DNA from: Octopus vulgaris
Taxonomy: Eukaryota
Length of the DNA stretch: 64,000 bases
Direction of reading: 5' to 3'
NCBI GenBank assembly: GCA_951406725.2
Contig: OX597818.1
Location: 50,530,001-50,594,000 of the forward strand
Shown here: positions 37,772 through 50,412 of the stretch, piece by piece
Layout: the number at the start of each line of letters is the position of its first letter
Position numbering within the stretch: the stretch's first letter is position 1
The notes under the pieces: generated by a model
Told to the model about the DNA's origin: nothing
Seen by the model: the letters and a program-made list of their open reading frames with translations, nothing else
The model's database searches: none
Program-made: the position numbers and the translations under genes

Positions 37772-37938
37772 TACGACGGGCTTCTTTCAGTTTCTGTCTA
37801 CCAAATCCACTCACAAGGCTTTGGTCGGCCTGAAGCTATAGTAGAAGACACTTGCCCAAGGTGCCGCGCAGTGGGACTGAACCCGGAACCATGTGGTTGG
37901 TAAGCAAGCTACTTACCACACAGCCATTCCTACGCCTA
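37470..37938 (-). mobile_element. SINE family B, full length
   Basis: Consensus head, core and tail. Confidence 0.9.
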
Positions 37939-38309
37939 CAATCTATTTCATAAGAAGCATCATGAATGTCCTCGGCCCCCATAACCATTAAAAAAATTAT
38001 CAAAATTTTTATTTAGTAATTTGCGTTTGGTTCATATCCAATATCTTTTAAAATTTGACTGACTCGGAACCACAAAAATTTTCGCCTTGTCGAATATTTA
38101 GGAATAGGTTTTTCTTTTTCTTTCCAAAAAAGAATTGAAATCCTTTTGAATTGATTTTACCCAGTTCTTCAACAAAATTTTCTTTAAATTTAGTTTAATA
38201 TAGAGAGTTGATAGAAATATATAACTTGGGGATAAACTGAAGAAACAGACCGAACACAACACAACCTTAGAGGCCACTAGTTTACTCGAGCTATCAATGG
38301 TTGCATGAT

Positions 38310-38900
38310 TCTCCTATAGTTATAAGAAACAAGGGAATTTTGTTGATCCTCATTACATGCCTGTTATCATGCCAACAACTTTGTGATCTTCACAGAATTT
38401 CCATTGCTGAAGATGACATATTAAATAGCAACAAGCAGTGCATCTATTGCAATATTTTTCTTTCGTATGAACAAAGCGGGCAAGGATGCATCCCTTTTTA
38501 ATTTTATTGTGCTGTAAAGCTTCTTTCATACTTCTCTGGAATGTGCCTACAAAGAGAAGCAAATCTGATGAGACATAAATCTGAAACAATTTTGTGAAGA
38601 GTTCATTGAAATCATTAGTATACAAGTGCAAACTATACTATAAAGTATGCTTCCAAATTAAAATTTCTTTCACTTGAACATATAGAGTAAATGTATGACA
38701 TGTCTTTAGTCTTGGAGCAAGAACATTTGATTTCGTTTTAGACAGTGTCATTCAAACACTCATGGACAAACAACCTTGGAAGTGTATATTTTCATGTATG
38801 TATTCAGGATTTGTAGAAGACCCAATACTGTAACAATTGCACTTCCAGCACTGTCTCATTTATCGAGCGTTAGATCATCATTGTCATCGGAATGAATGGA
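38310..38900 (-). pseudogene. Decayed Chapaev3-like (CMC superfamily) transposase fragment
   Basis: LLFVGTFQRSMKEALQHN..LARFVHTKEKY..QWKFCEDHKVVGMITGM*.STKFPCFL parallels the LFIDSSKRSLKAVLLHN..LAHSVHMKETY..WKICGDLKVV...GYTK.PCFLC motif string (from memory). Confidence 0.6.
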
Positions 38901-38994
38901 CAATATTTAATTATGTTAAATTAGTCTGCATCATATACTATGTTTTGAGTTGGCAGTCGTGTGCGTTCTTTTTAAAAGGCGAACCCAGTTATAT

Positions 38995-39450
38995 CTATTT
39001 TACTACCCACAAGGGGCTAAACATAGAGGGGACAAACAAGGACAGACAAAGGACCCCAGTGCGTAACTAGTACTTATTTAATCGACCCCGAAAGTTATAT
39101 AAACAACAAAACCCAGTTATATCAACAACAAAACAGTCAGTATAATGAAGTCTTTGCGTTTAGGATGATGTTTTTCTTTTTTTTTAACACGGCTATCAAA
39201 AGCATTGATTTTTGCTTAAACAATTCTCTTTACTCTTTTACTCCTTTATTTGTTTCAGTCATTTGACTGTAGCCATGCTAGAGCACCGCCGTTTAGTCGA
39301 GCAAATCGACCCCAGGACTTATTCTTTATAAGCCTAGTACTTATTCTATCCGTCTGTATTGCCGAACCGCTAAGTTACGGGGACGTACACTCACCGGCAT
39401 CGGTTGTCAAGCGATGTTGGGGGACAATAACGATGTTGGGGAACAATTGA
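38995..39450 (-). mobile_element. SINE A 3' fragment (38995-39092) and SINE B 3' half (39225-39450)
   Basis: Tail matches; AACCCAGTTATATC direct repeat flanks the SINE A piece. Confidence 0.8.
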
Positions 39451-39958
39451 AAAAAAAAAAAACAGCAAATTCCATGCGATGCGCACATCTTGTCTTTGGC
39501 ACCAATTATTACAACAGATTATTATGAAATGCAATACGATAGTTCGTAGTTGCATCTTTGCTGAAAAATACACAGAAATATAGCAGACAATATCTAGAGG
39601 GTTTTATATTCACAAGTCATGATTATTAAATGATTATTAAACGGAGTTCATTATCATTATCATCTAAAAAAAAAATTGAAAACATTTGAAATTGACAACC
39701 CAATGAAAGGTCTAATCTATGCTATACCTGTAGCTGAAAAACGAAAGACAGTTTTGAAATCAACACCAGAAAATACTTACTAGTACACACAAAAAAAAAA
39801 TCATTCCTGACAGAAATTCTTTGTTGAATAGTATTTTGGCTCGATTCAATCAACTAAGCATCTATTTTATTTACCAATGGACTTGTCTCAAAGCCAAAAA
39901 AATCGATAATTAAAGCAATATAGCATCACCAGAATGCTTTTAAAATAACCTATCACCG

Positions 39959-40224
39959 AATCTTTTTTTCTATCTTTCAACCTACTTCCCAGCAAAGATT
40001 CCTTCCATAATGACAAACCATAAAATATTTTCTACCTGTTTCTCCTCTCCCCACTTTTATTTTCCGTCTTGTATACATACACATGCACGTGTATGTACAA
40101 CCACGCTTTTAAAATATCATACACTCACGTATTTATCAACACGGTTGTGCTGACAAGCGTTTACTTGAAAATGAAGACATACTTACATGCATATTCCTGA
40201 AATATGTGCGCGTGTGTATGTAAG

Positions 40225-40286
<62 letters not shown>

Positions 40287-40432
40287 CAATAAAAAAAAGC
40301 AGACAAAAAACAAGGAAAAAACAACAACGCGAGGACGTGGTACATGCAAAGTATTAATAAGATGTTCAGACATCTATATATAACTTCTAAAGTACATTAT
40401 AACACACCAGACACCATTAATGTATGTGTGTA

Positions 40433-40484
<52 letters not shown>

Positions 40485-40544
40485 TCATCAGTACATTATG
40501 ACACATCATTAATGTATGTGTGTGTATGTTTGTATATATATATA

Positions 40545-40583
<39 letters not shown>

Positions 40584-40956
40584 CATACATTACTGATGTG
40601 TTATAATGAACTGCAGAAGTTATATCTAGATATTTTAGCCAACACTGTACATTACGAAGCTTGAAAAACATTTCGTCGATGCACACAATATACTTACATA
40701 CACACGCGTACATATTTCAGGAATATACACATGTATATCTTTATTTTTAAGTAAACGCTTGTCAGCACAACCGTGTTGATAAATACGTGAGTGTATGATA
40801 TTTTAAAAGCGTGGTTGTACATACACGTGCATGTGTATGTATACAAGACGGAAAATAAAAGTGGGGAGAGGAGAAACAGGTAGAAAATATTTTATGGTTT
40901 GTCATTATGGAAGGAATCTTTGCTGGGAAGTAGGTTGAAAGATAGAAAAAAAGATT
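39959..40956. repeat. Inverted duplication (arms 39959-40228 and 40689-40956)
   Basis: Reverse-complement match over ~270 bp; the spacer holds a pLTR-like end (CAACAACGCGAGGACGTGG) and a smaller inverted repeat. Confidence 0.92.
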
Positions 40957-41069
40957 TGCGGTCCGAAGCCTAAGATATCGAGAAATTTAAAGCCACAGAA
41001 GAATGTTGAGAAGACAATTTATTAACGATGTCTTCAAACAAATCCATCATCACCATTAATTCCTCCATC

Positions 41070-41257
41070 TTATTCTTTTATTCTTTTTGTTTGCTTCAGT
41101 CATTTCACTGCAGTCATGCTGGAGCACTGCCTTTAGTCGACCAAAACGACCGCAGCGCTTGTTCTTTGTAAGTCTAGTACTTATTCTATTGGTTGCTTTT
41201 TGCCGAACCGCTAAGTTATATGTGTGTGTGTGTGTGTGTATGTATGTTTTTCTATAT

Positions 41258-41294
<37 letters not shown>

Positions 41295-41304
41295 CAACAC
41301 ACAC

Positions 41305-41367
<63 letters not shown>

Positions 41368-41510
41368 GACGGATTTCTTTCAGTTTCCGTCTACCAAATC
41401 CACTCACAAGGCTTTGGTCGGCCCGAGGTTATAGTACAAGACACTTGCCAAAGGTGTGGGACGGAACCAAGAACCATGTGGTTGGTAAGCAAGCTATTTA
41501 TCACGCAGCT
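41070..41510 (-). mobile_element. SINE family B
   Basis: Consensus tail and core. Confidence 0.85.
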
Positions 41511-41619
41511 ATAACTATCCTTTATAAATTTTATGTGAAAACTTTAAACTGTAGCAAGAGTAACTTGGTTTGAAACTGAAGCAATTACATCATTGAAGGA
41601 ACAGCTTTTTAGTTATCTA

Positions 41620-41915
41620 TGGTGGTCTTTCCCGTCGTTTGGTGACAGATGAGGGTTCGGCAACTTCTTGTAGAACAACCTGCACAGAGTTGATTTGTTT
41701 AGAGTGATTAAATGTTTGTGATGTACATTAATTCATTTCGTCCGTCAAATCAATATTACCTATACAGGTGCATAGTATGCCACACGTCAGATTTCGAAGT
41801 GATCGAAGAGGAATTGGAAATGAAGTACTTTGCTCAAGAACACAACGCACCGCCCAGTTCGGGAATCGAAACCAAGAATTTGTGATCGTGAGTGCAACAC
41901 CCTAACCACTAGGCC
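41620..41915 (-). mobile_element. Old tRNA-derived SINE
   Basis: Minus strand GGCCTAGTGGTTAGGGTGTTGC..GGTTTCGATTCCC head. Confidence 0.7.
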
Positions 41916-42029
41916 TTCTATAAGCACATAAAATACGTTAAAGTCTCCTTTATGTCTTATTCCATGAGTGTCAAAATTTTTTCCTGCGTCACCATAAAAT
42001 CTGGCCCCACTGAACTTAACTATTTGAAA

Positions 42030-42482
42030 CTTTGTCCCCCAACATCGCTTGACAACCGATGTTGGTGTGTTTACGTCCCCGTAACTTAGCTGTTCTGCAA
42101 AAGCGACCGTTAGAATAAGTACAAGGCTTACAAAGAATAAATCCTGGGGTTGATTTGTTCGACTAAGGGCAGTGCTCCAGTATGACCGCAGTCAAATTAC
42201 TGAAACAAATGAAAGAATAAAAAAATAAAAGAATGTATGTATTTATATATATTTTCTTTACTACCCACAAGGGGCTAAACATAGAGGGGACAAACAAGGA
42301 CAGACAAAGGGATTAAGTCGATTACATCGACCCCAGTGCGTAACTGGTACTTTATCTATCGACCCCGAAAGGATGAAAGGCAAAGTCGACCTCGGCGGAA
42401 TTTGAACTGAGAACGTAACGGCAGACGAAATACGGCTACGCATTTCGCCCGGCGTGCTAACGTTTCTGCCAGCTCGCCGCCT
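42030..42482. mobile_element. SINE B 3' half (+, 42030-42230) tail-to-tail with full SINE A (-, 42250-42482)
   Basis: Consensus matches. Confidence 0.88.
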
Positions 42483-42819
42483 TATATATTTATATATATG
42501 CATAAAACATGTGAAGAACGGAGTGGCTGGTTTTACATTTATACCATGGTTTACAATAATTTCAATAACGTATTAGGTGACAAGTCAAATAACATTCTTG
42601 AAGACATGGACGAGAACAATGCTGTTGTCATATTGATTATATGGTGTGTATTACATCATGATCGATACGCCGCCATTTAGTCATAACCAAATGAAATACC
42701 GTTAAATATTGAATGATTTCAGTTATATAGGGAAAACACGGTAGTGTGTATATATATATATATATACAAGTATACACATATCCATACAAGCATACACTTA
42801 TGCGCGCGCACACAAAATA

Positions 42820-43384
42820 TTGGGTTGTCCGGAAAGTTCGTGCCAATTTATAGTATTTTACCTTTTGACTTATTTTAGAACATGATTGAGTCCATAAAAT
42901 AGGATTTGACTACACCTCCATTTAGAGCACAGTTTAAGCTATCTTTTTCGTGGAAGAAGGTTTATGATCCTATTACCTGAGTTAATTCTGTAACCCTTTA
43001 AAATGGAAGATAAGAAAGTTCATTTTCTGCACTTGATGCGGTGGGAACCAGACAAAAATTGCTGCAGCTCGGCTGGGATGTGTTACCCCACCCTCCATAT
43101 TCACCAGATATTGCTCCTTCGGATTTCCGCTTATTCAGGTCTCTGCAGAAAAGTCTTAATGGTAAAAATTTCAATTCCCTGGATGACGTAAAAAGATACC
43201 TTGATGAATTCTTTGTCATGAAACCACCTCAATTCTGGGAAGAAGGTATTTTCAAGTTAAAGAAAAGATGGAAACGCATTGTGCAACAAAATGGTTGGTA
43301 TTTGGTTGATTAAAATGTAATGGCAAGTATTTATTGATCTTTTTCTTTCCTTTAAAAATCGGCACGAACTTTCCGGAAACCCAA
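42820..43384 (+). mobile_element. Non-autonomous mariner with both TIRs and TA target duplication
   Basis: TA-TTGGGTTGTCCGGAAAGTTCGTGCC...GGCACGAACTTTCCGGAAACCCAA-TA; LGWDVLPHPPYSPDIAPSDFRLF motif. Confidence 0.95.
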
Positions 43385-43808
43385 TAACTTTCGCACACTT
43401 TTCGTTTATCAAATTCCACACACGTCTTTGGTCAACTCGAAGTTGTTGTAGGTGGCACTTGCCCAAAGTGCCATGCCTTGTGGTCGAATTCGGAATCGCA
43501 TGGTTGTCAAGCAAACTTCAACGCCGCGTATCATTTTATAATTGGTCACAAATAGAATACAGCGTTTGCCATGAAGTCGCTGCAGATGAGAATGTCGAAT
43601 ACAGATGAGTATATAATATCATTGGAGAAATTGCTTCGAAGTATTTGACGTAATCGAAAACAATGCCTTCCAGCTACAGAATCTCAGAGATTGGAATAAA
43701 TACAGCAAAATATAGGATCAAAAGAAATTGGAGATTGATTGTGTCAGGAACAGTTAGTCAATCGTTAGGAAGTGATGAATCTGAGGTCACAGGCTCCTAC
43801 CCTTCGGC

Positions 43809-43850
<42 letters not shown>

Positions 43851-44074
43851 AGAGAGAGTGAGAGAGAGAAAGAGAGAGAGAGAGAGAAAGAGGGAGAGAG
43901 GGAGAGAGAGAGAGCATAATGTTATTGCATAGGTGCTGGACAAATAATTAGCTATCTGTTCATATAAATTTGATTATATAACCAGATATCTCATTCAGGA
44001 TACTAAACAGAAATTGTCGATTGCATTCAGAATCCAATACAAACAGTTTTAAAGCTGTTATTGTCTTGCTGTTG

Positions 44075-44479
44075 CTACTGCTGTTGCTGTTGCTGTTGAG
44101 CGAACGGTCTTCGTCCCAGAGCTCGCAAGATCACGCCTCTGTAGAAGGAGAAGTCCGTAACGTGGTCCTTTGCTATTCGTAAGACCCGCAGAAGAGAAAG
44201 CAGGTCAACTCCCCGACACCCAGGGCATCGACGGATGGATGAATGCGCATCCGGGCTCAGCGGTTGCGTAGGAAGTCGGGGACAAGAAACAGGAAGAAAG
44301 AGTGAGAGAAAGTTGGGGCGAAAGAGTACAACAGGGGTCGCCACCACCCCCTGCCGGAGCCTGTGAAGCTTTAGGTGTATTCGCTCAATAAACACACACA
44401 ACGCACGGTCTGGGAACCGAAACCGCGATCCTCCGACCACGAGTCCGCAGCCCTAACCACTGGGCCATTGCGCCTCCAC
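44075..44479 (-). mobile_element. SINE family D
   Basis: Paralog of 31821-32180; retains the B box GGTTTCGGTTCCC. Confidence 0.8.
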
Positions 44480-44682
44480 TGCTGTTGCTACTGTTGCTGA
44501 TGTTGTTGCTATTGTTGTTGCTTAGCCTATCGTCAACCCTGATAGCGAAGACCTGAGATTAAATCCAGTTCAACAATGACATCCTTTATTCATTTATTTT
44601 TCTTCGGAGTATCCAAGGACCTCATCTATCCTTGTATTTAATTTAATGGCAGAGAGTGTTTTGAAAAGAATTAACACCCTTT

Positions 44683-44842
44683 AGGCGTAGGAGTGGCTGT
44701 GTGGTAAGTAGTTTGCTTAGCAATCACATGGTTCTGAGTTCAGTCCCACTGCGTGGCACCTTCGGCAAGTGTCTTCTATAGCCTCGGGCCGATCAAAGCC
44801 TTGTGAGTGGATTTGGTAGACGGAAATTGAAAGAAGCCAGTC

Positions 44843-44905
<63 letters not shown>

Positions 44906-45118
44906 ATCCAAACATGAAAACACATAGAGAAAACAAACACAACAACGCGAGGACGTGGAACAAATATAGTATTATTGGACGCTCAGGAAGGAAGAGAAGA
45001 AAGAGGGTATAACGTTTCGAGCGGAGCTCTTCGTCGGAAACATAGGAGAAGGAAAGATCCAGAGAAGAGGAGACAGAGGAAAAAAAATCACCAACGGTAC
45101 ACACGTATATATATATAT

Positions 45119-45190
<72 letters not shown>

Positions 45191-45244
45191 GTGTGTGTAT
45201 ATATATATATTATATATATGTATATATATATATATATATACATA

Positions 45245-45281
<37 letters not shown>

Positions 45282-45462
45282 CTGTGTTTGTCCCCCCCAA
45301 CATCGCTTGACAACCGATGCTGGTGTGTTTAGCGGTTCGGCAAAGAGCCCGATAGAATGAGTACTAGGCTTACAAAGAATAAGTCCTGGGGTCGATTTGC
45401 TCGACTAAAATGCGGTGCTTCAGCATGGCCGCAGTCAAATTACTGAAACAAGTAAAAGAGTA
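44683..45462 (+). mobile_element. SINE family B split by an HHR-bearing pLTR-like fragment (44900-45105, -; HHR 45007-45041) in its (TA)n
   Basis: SINE 5' half 44683-44845 and 3' half 45280-45462; insert minus strand GTTT-CCGACGA-A-GAGC TCC GCTC-GAAA-CG-TT. Confidence 0.85.
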
Positions 45463-45704
45463 TCTATTTTTAGCCGGTTGAATAACCATGTAGAATCGGT
45501 CACATTCGTTCATAGTTTAGATTATATTTTTGTACATATTAACAATATAATGATTTGGTTTTTATTTTTGCTGCAGTCGTGAAAATATCGCCTGTAAATT
45601 GTTGTACTGTACAATGCGTGAATTTGAATAGATTCATGAATCTTTGGGAGATGGAGAATCTGACATTTAGAAAGTGTCTCTTTCTTTGAGAGAAAGAAAG
45701 TATT

Positions 45705-45932
45705 TCGACTCTTTTACTCTTTTATTCTTATACTTGTTTCACTCATTTGACTGTGGCCATGCTGGAGCACCGCCTTTTAGCCGAGCAAATCGACCCCAGG
45801 ACTTATTCTTTACAAGCCTAATACTTATTCTATCGGTCTCTTTTGCCGAACCGCTAAGTTACGTACGGGGACGAAACACACCAGCATCGGTTGTCAAGCG
45901 ATGTTGGGGGATAAACACAGACACACACACAC

Positions 45933-45989
<57 letters not shown>

Positions 45990-46125
45990 TACGACGGGCT
46001 TCTTTCAGTTTCCGTCTACCAAATCCACTCACAAGGTTTTATTCGGCCCGAGCCTATAAGTAGAAGACACTTGCCCAAGGTGCCACGCAGTGGGACTGAA
46101 CCTGGATCCATGTGGTTCGTAAGCA
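45705..46125 (-). mobile_element. SINE family B
   Basis: Consensus match. Confidence 0.88.
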
Positions 46126-46370
46126 AACTCTTTGCTCTTCTCAGAGTTTGGGATATTCCTGAGACGTCAGATTTCTTCACATCTCACAAAATGCGAACTT
46201 GACCAATCCTGCAAAAATCTACCGTATAATCTTCAAGATGATTTCCAGTCTTGATATCTGTCTTTTGTGTTTTGTTTTTACCTTCTCTCTTAATTGTATA
46301 AGTCTTTCTTTTTGCCTTGACTCGTAGTTAGTAGAATAATGAATCGCAGCTGGCCGAATCAAATGTTATA

Positions 46371-46854
46371 CACTGATCCCTCGTTTATCGTGGTAGATTA
46401 GTTCCGAGACCGGCTGCGATAACTGAATTTCCGCGAAGTAGGGACACCATACTTACAGTATTTATTTAACGTGTATTTAGACTTTTAACTCTTAACAACC
46501 CACCCATTACAGTAGTATATTAATAACAAGGACAGCTGTTAAGCAATAACACTTTAGTTTTAAAAAAATAAAGATTGTTACTGTTACACAGGCCAGATTA
46601 CAAAATACAAAGCTGTGGTTCGTCGTCTCTCTCCATTGCACCAATCACAGCCTGTCTTAAGTTCAAATACCCCTGTATATGCTTTTTGCTATTTTACGCC
46701 TGTTTTGTTATTTCCAAGACTAGGAAATAATATATATTGTTAATATTTCAATGGATTTATGGAAAAAATTTAGGTGTTCATATATATATATTTTTAAAAT
46801 CCGCGAAGTCGTGAATCCGCGATAGTTGAACCGCGAAGTAGCGAAGGATCACTG
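46371..46854 (-). mobile_element. Tigger/pogo-derived MITE (same ends as 35722-36862)
   Basis: TA-CACTGATCCCTCG...CGAAGGATCACTG-TA; shared subterminal sequences. Confidence 0.85.
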
Positions 46855-47009
46855 TAGACATAACTAATCGAATTAAAAATTAATGGACAACTGTACGAAC
46901 CAATAGAATTATGAGCGCAGAAATTTCCGCTGTGGCTGTATGTGTTATTTCAGACTTATCTACGATTTCCTTCTTTTTCGGCAACAATGAGATATGATTC
47001 TGAGGTTAG

Positions 47010-47440
47010 AAGTTAAGTTAAGTTAATTTTTTGGCTCAAAAAGCAAAAAGCAAGGCCATGTAGGGGGACATGGAGTTATGTACAGGGAGGGTGTTCATGC
47101 AAAGAGTTCAGGCCACTTCTGGTCAAGAGAGACTTTGAACCGAGCGGTCGTCGGCATCTTCACTATCTCGTCCGGGAGCTTATTCCACGGATCCGCAACC
47201 CGGACGGAGAAAGCCCCTCTCCTTCGATTGAGATGAAATCGTCGCAGATAGAGCTTTTCGGAGTGACCCCGCAGCCGACGCTCTGGAACAGGAGTGAAGA
47301 ACAGCTCTTTCGAGAGGTTACACTTTCCGCTTATGATGTTGTGAACGAGAATGAGATCACCACGGCGTCGTCGTTTTTCTAGAGAATTAAGGTCGAGCGT
47401 CTTCAGCCTTTCTTCATAAGACAAATGCTTGAGACCAAAA
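47010..47440 (-). mobile_element. CR1 LINE 3' end, intact frame
   Basis: SYEERLKTLDLNSLEKRRRRGDLI...LRGHSEKL...FSVRVADPWNKLP; (TAACT)n tail. Confidence 0.92.
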
Positions 47441-47729
47441 GAAAGACCACATTGGACAATAAGGCCGTTAAAAAAGATGTCATGTTATGGTTGCTATGAC
47501 TTTGTTCACTGGTCGCTGATGACTCACTTGAAATATGAGATAATTAGCATAAAAACAAACTACTTATCACGCTTCCAGCAACTCATTGACTTATAGTAAG
47601 TCTAATCTACCATAAGATGTTAATTGGAATCTTAGATTTGAGCATTCTTATTTTTCTGTGTCCTGATACAAGTCTGACTTTGATGTGAATTCTTCATTTA
47701 ACATCGTTCCCGGCGTCTGTAGTGACGCT

Positions 47730-48554
47730 CTTTCTTCTTCTTCTTCTTCTTCTTCTTCTTCTTCTTCTTCTTCTTCTTCTTCTTCTCCTCCTCCTCCTCT
47801 GCCTCCTCCGCCTTCTTCTTCTTCTTCTTATTCTTCTTCTTCTTCTTCTTCTTCTTCTTCCTTCTTCTTCTTCTTCTTCTTCTTCTTCTTCTTCTTCTTC
47901 TTCTTCTTCTTCTTCTTCTTCTTCTTCTTCTTCTTCTTCTCCTCCTCCTCCTCCTCTTCCTTCTTCTTCTTCTTCTTCTTCTTCTTCTTCTTCTTCTTCT
48001 TCTTCTTCTTCTTCTTCTTCTTCTTCTTCTTCTTCTTCTTCCTCCTTTTTCTTCCTTCTTCTTCTTCTTCTTCTTCTTCTTCTTCTTCTTCTTCTTCTTC
48101 TTCTCCTCCTCCTCCTCCGCCTCCTCCTCCGCCTCCTCCTCCGCCTCCTCCTCCTCCTCCTCCTTCTTCTTCTTCTTCTTCTTCTTCTTTTTCTTCTTCT
48201 CCGCCTCCTTCTTCTTATTCTTCTTCTTCTTCTTTTTCTTCTTCTCCGCCTCCTTCTTCTTATTCTTCTTCTTCTTCTTTTTCTTCCTCTTCTTCTTCTT
48301 TTTCTTCCTCTTCTTTTTCTTTTTCTTCTCCTTCTTCTCCTCCTCCTCCTCCTCCTCCTTCTTCTTCTTCTTCTTCTTCTTCTTCTTCTTTTTCTTCTTC
48401 TCCGCCTCCTTCTTCTTCTTCTTCTTCTTTTTCTTCCTCTTCTTCTTCTTTTTCTTCCTCTTCTTTTTCTTTTTCTTCTCCTTCTTCTCCTCCTCCACCT
48501 CCGCCTCCTCCTCCTTCTTCTTCTTCTTCTTCTTCTTCTTCTTCTTCTTCTTCC

Positions 48555-48619
<65 letters not shown>

Positions 48620-48665
48620 TTCTTCTCCTAGTCCTCCTTCTCCACCTCCCCTCCCCCCTCCTGCT
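47730..48665. repeat. Long (TCT)n/(CCT)n polypyrimidine tract
   Basis: Directly visible. Confidence 0.98.
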
Positions 48666-49717
48666 CTTCTAATTCTTTTTTATTTTAATGGTGGAAACGG
48701 TGCTGAAGTCAACGCGGTCTAAATTCCTATTGTTGAAGAAAACAACGGAGAAATCAATAAATAAATAAATCTGAATTCGCAGTAATATCGAGTTGGATGT
48801 CAAGGCTGGAGCTACTACTAAGCGTGATATGATGTACAACTGCTTTGATGTTTCTTATCTTCTACTATTTTTCTTTAATCAATCTAAATTATACGAAGGA
48901 AAAAAAAAAAAACATCAACAAAAAACAAATATATCTGTAATTTAGTTCCAGTTTTGATTCATTGCAGATATATTTGTTTCTTTACTTACAATAAACTGTA
49001 ATATATTTCTGATTGCAACTCTTCATAGTCTTAGCATAAGAAAATGTCTTAAAGACATAATTAATTTGAATACAATTTCTCTCTGATTATTTTTCACATC
49101 CTATTCTCAGTTTCTGAAAAATATATTTGGTTCACGACAAGTTGAAGCTTGTTAGTTTCTCATTCAGCAATTTCTAAAGGTTCACTGGGAATTAATATGC
49201 TTAAAAAAAACTGACTCATCTTCGAATTTTAATCTCGTTATATCTGCTGTCTCTATAAATCAGAAAAATTTGGAGAATTAAATATTTGGCTTTTATTGTT
49301 TCGAAGGTGATCTGGTACTTTCCATTAAAACTAATCAAGGAATCGTTGTAAAGTTCAATTTCTTGTGATAATAAATAATTAACTAAGTTCTGTATCCAAA
49401 AATATAAATTCTTTTCAAACCGAAATAATATTTATTGTTCTTTGACATATTGTAACCTCACCCGAGTAATTATGTCATAAAACTCGTTATAACTGTCATA
49501 TTAAATGGTGCCATCACCAACAGAAAACTGCTGATACAAGATGGTCTCTCATCTCTTCTGCAATATTCCTTTGATTAGAAGAGAGTCAACACAGACATGA
49601 TGGTATATGCACTTAAGCGCAACAATAAAACCAATGATACTATGAGCACACTATCACTGCCAGAACACCTATTATACAATTATCTAACTGATTTAACTTC
49701 ACGAGCAATATATTATA

Positions 49718-50412
49718 TTGGTTTCAAATTTTGGTACCAGAAGGGGTAAGTCGATAACATTGATCCCAAGGTTCAACTGGTACTTATTTTATCGACCCCG
49801 AAATGACAAGAGGCTAAGAAGATCTCGGCGGAATTTGAACTCAGAACGTAAGGGCGGACGAAATGCCGCTAAGCATTTTGCCCGGGGTGCTAGCGATTTT
49901 GCCAGCGTGTCACCTTTACCAATATATATTTCTTTACTACCCACAAGGGGCTCAACACAGAGGGAACAAACAAGGACAGACAAACGGATTAAGTCGATTA
50001 CATCGACCCCAGTGCGTAACTTTCTACTTAATTTATCGACCCTGAAAGGATGAAAGGCAAAGTCGACCTCGGCGGAATTTGAACTCAGAATGTAAGGGCG
50101 GACGAAATGCCGCTAAGCATTTTGCCCGGGGTGCTAGCGATTTTGCCAGCGTGTCACCTTTACCAATATATATTTCTTTACTACCCACAAAGGGCTACAC
50201 TCAGAGGGGACAAACAAGGACAGACAAACGGATTAAGTCGATTACATCGACCCCGGTGCGTAACTTTCTACTTAATTTATCGACCCTGAAAGGATGAAAG
50301 GCAAAGTCGACCTCGGCGGAATTTTAACTCAGAACGTAGCGGCAGACGAAATGCCACTAAGCATTTTGACCGGGGTGCTAACGATTTTGACAGCGTGTCA
50401 CCTTTACCAATA
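49718..50412 (-). mobile_element. Tandem trimer of SINE family A (~244-bp period)
   Basis: CAGCGTGTCACCTTTACCAATATAT junction repeated three times. Confidence 0.9.

Noticed and set aside
47685-48722. 345-aa Ser/Pro/Phe ORF and overlapping poly-K/L ORFs
   Set aside because: Trinucleotide repeat open in several frames; no coding signal
49718-50412. CRISPR-like regularly spaced repeats
   Set aside because: Units are whole SINE copies in eukaryotic DNA, with no unique spacers or cas genes
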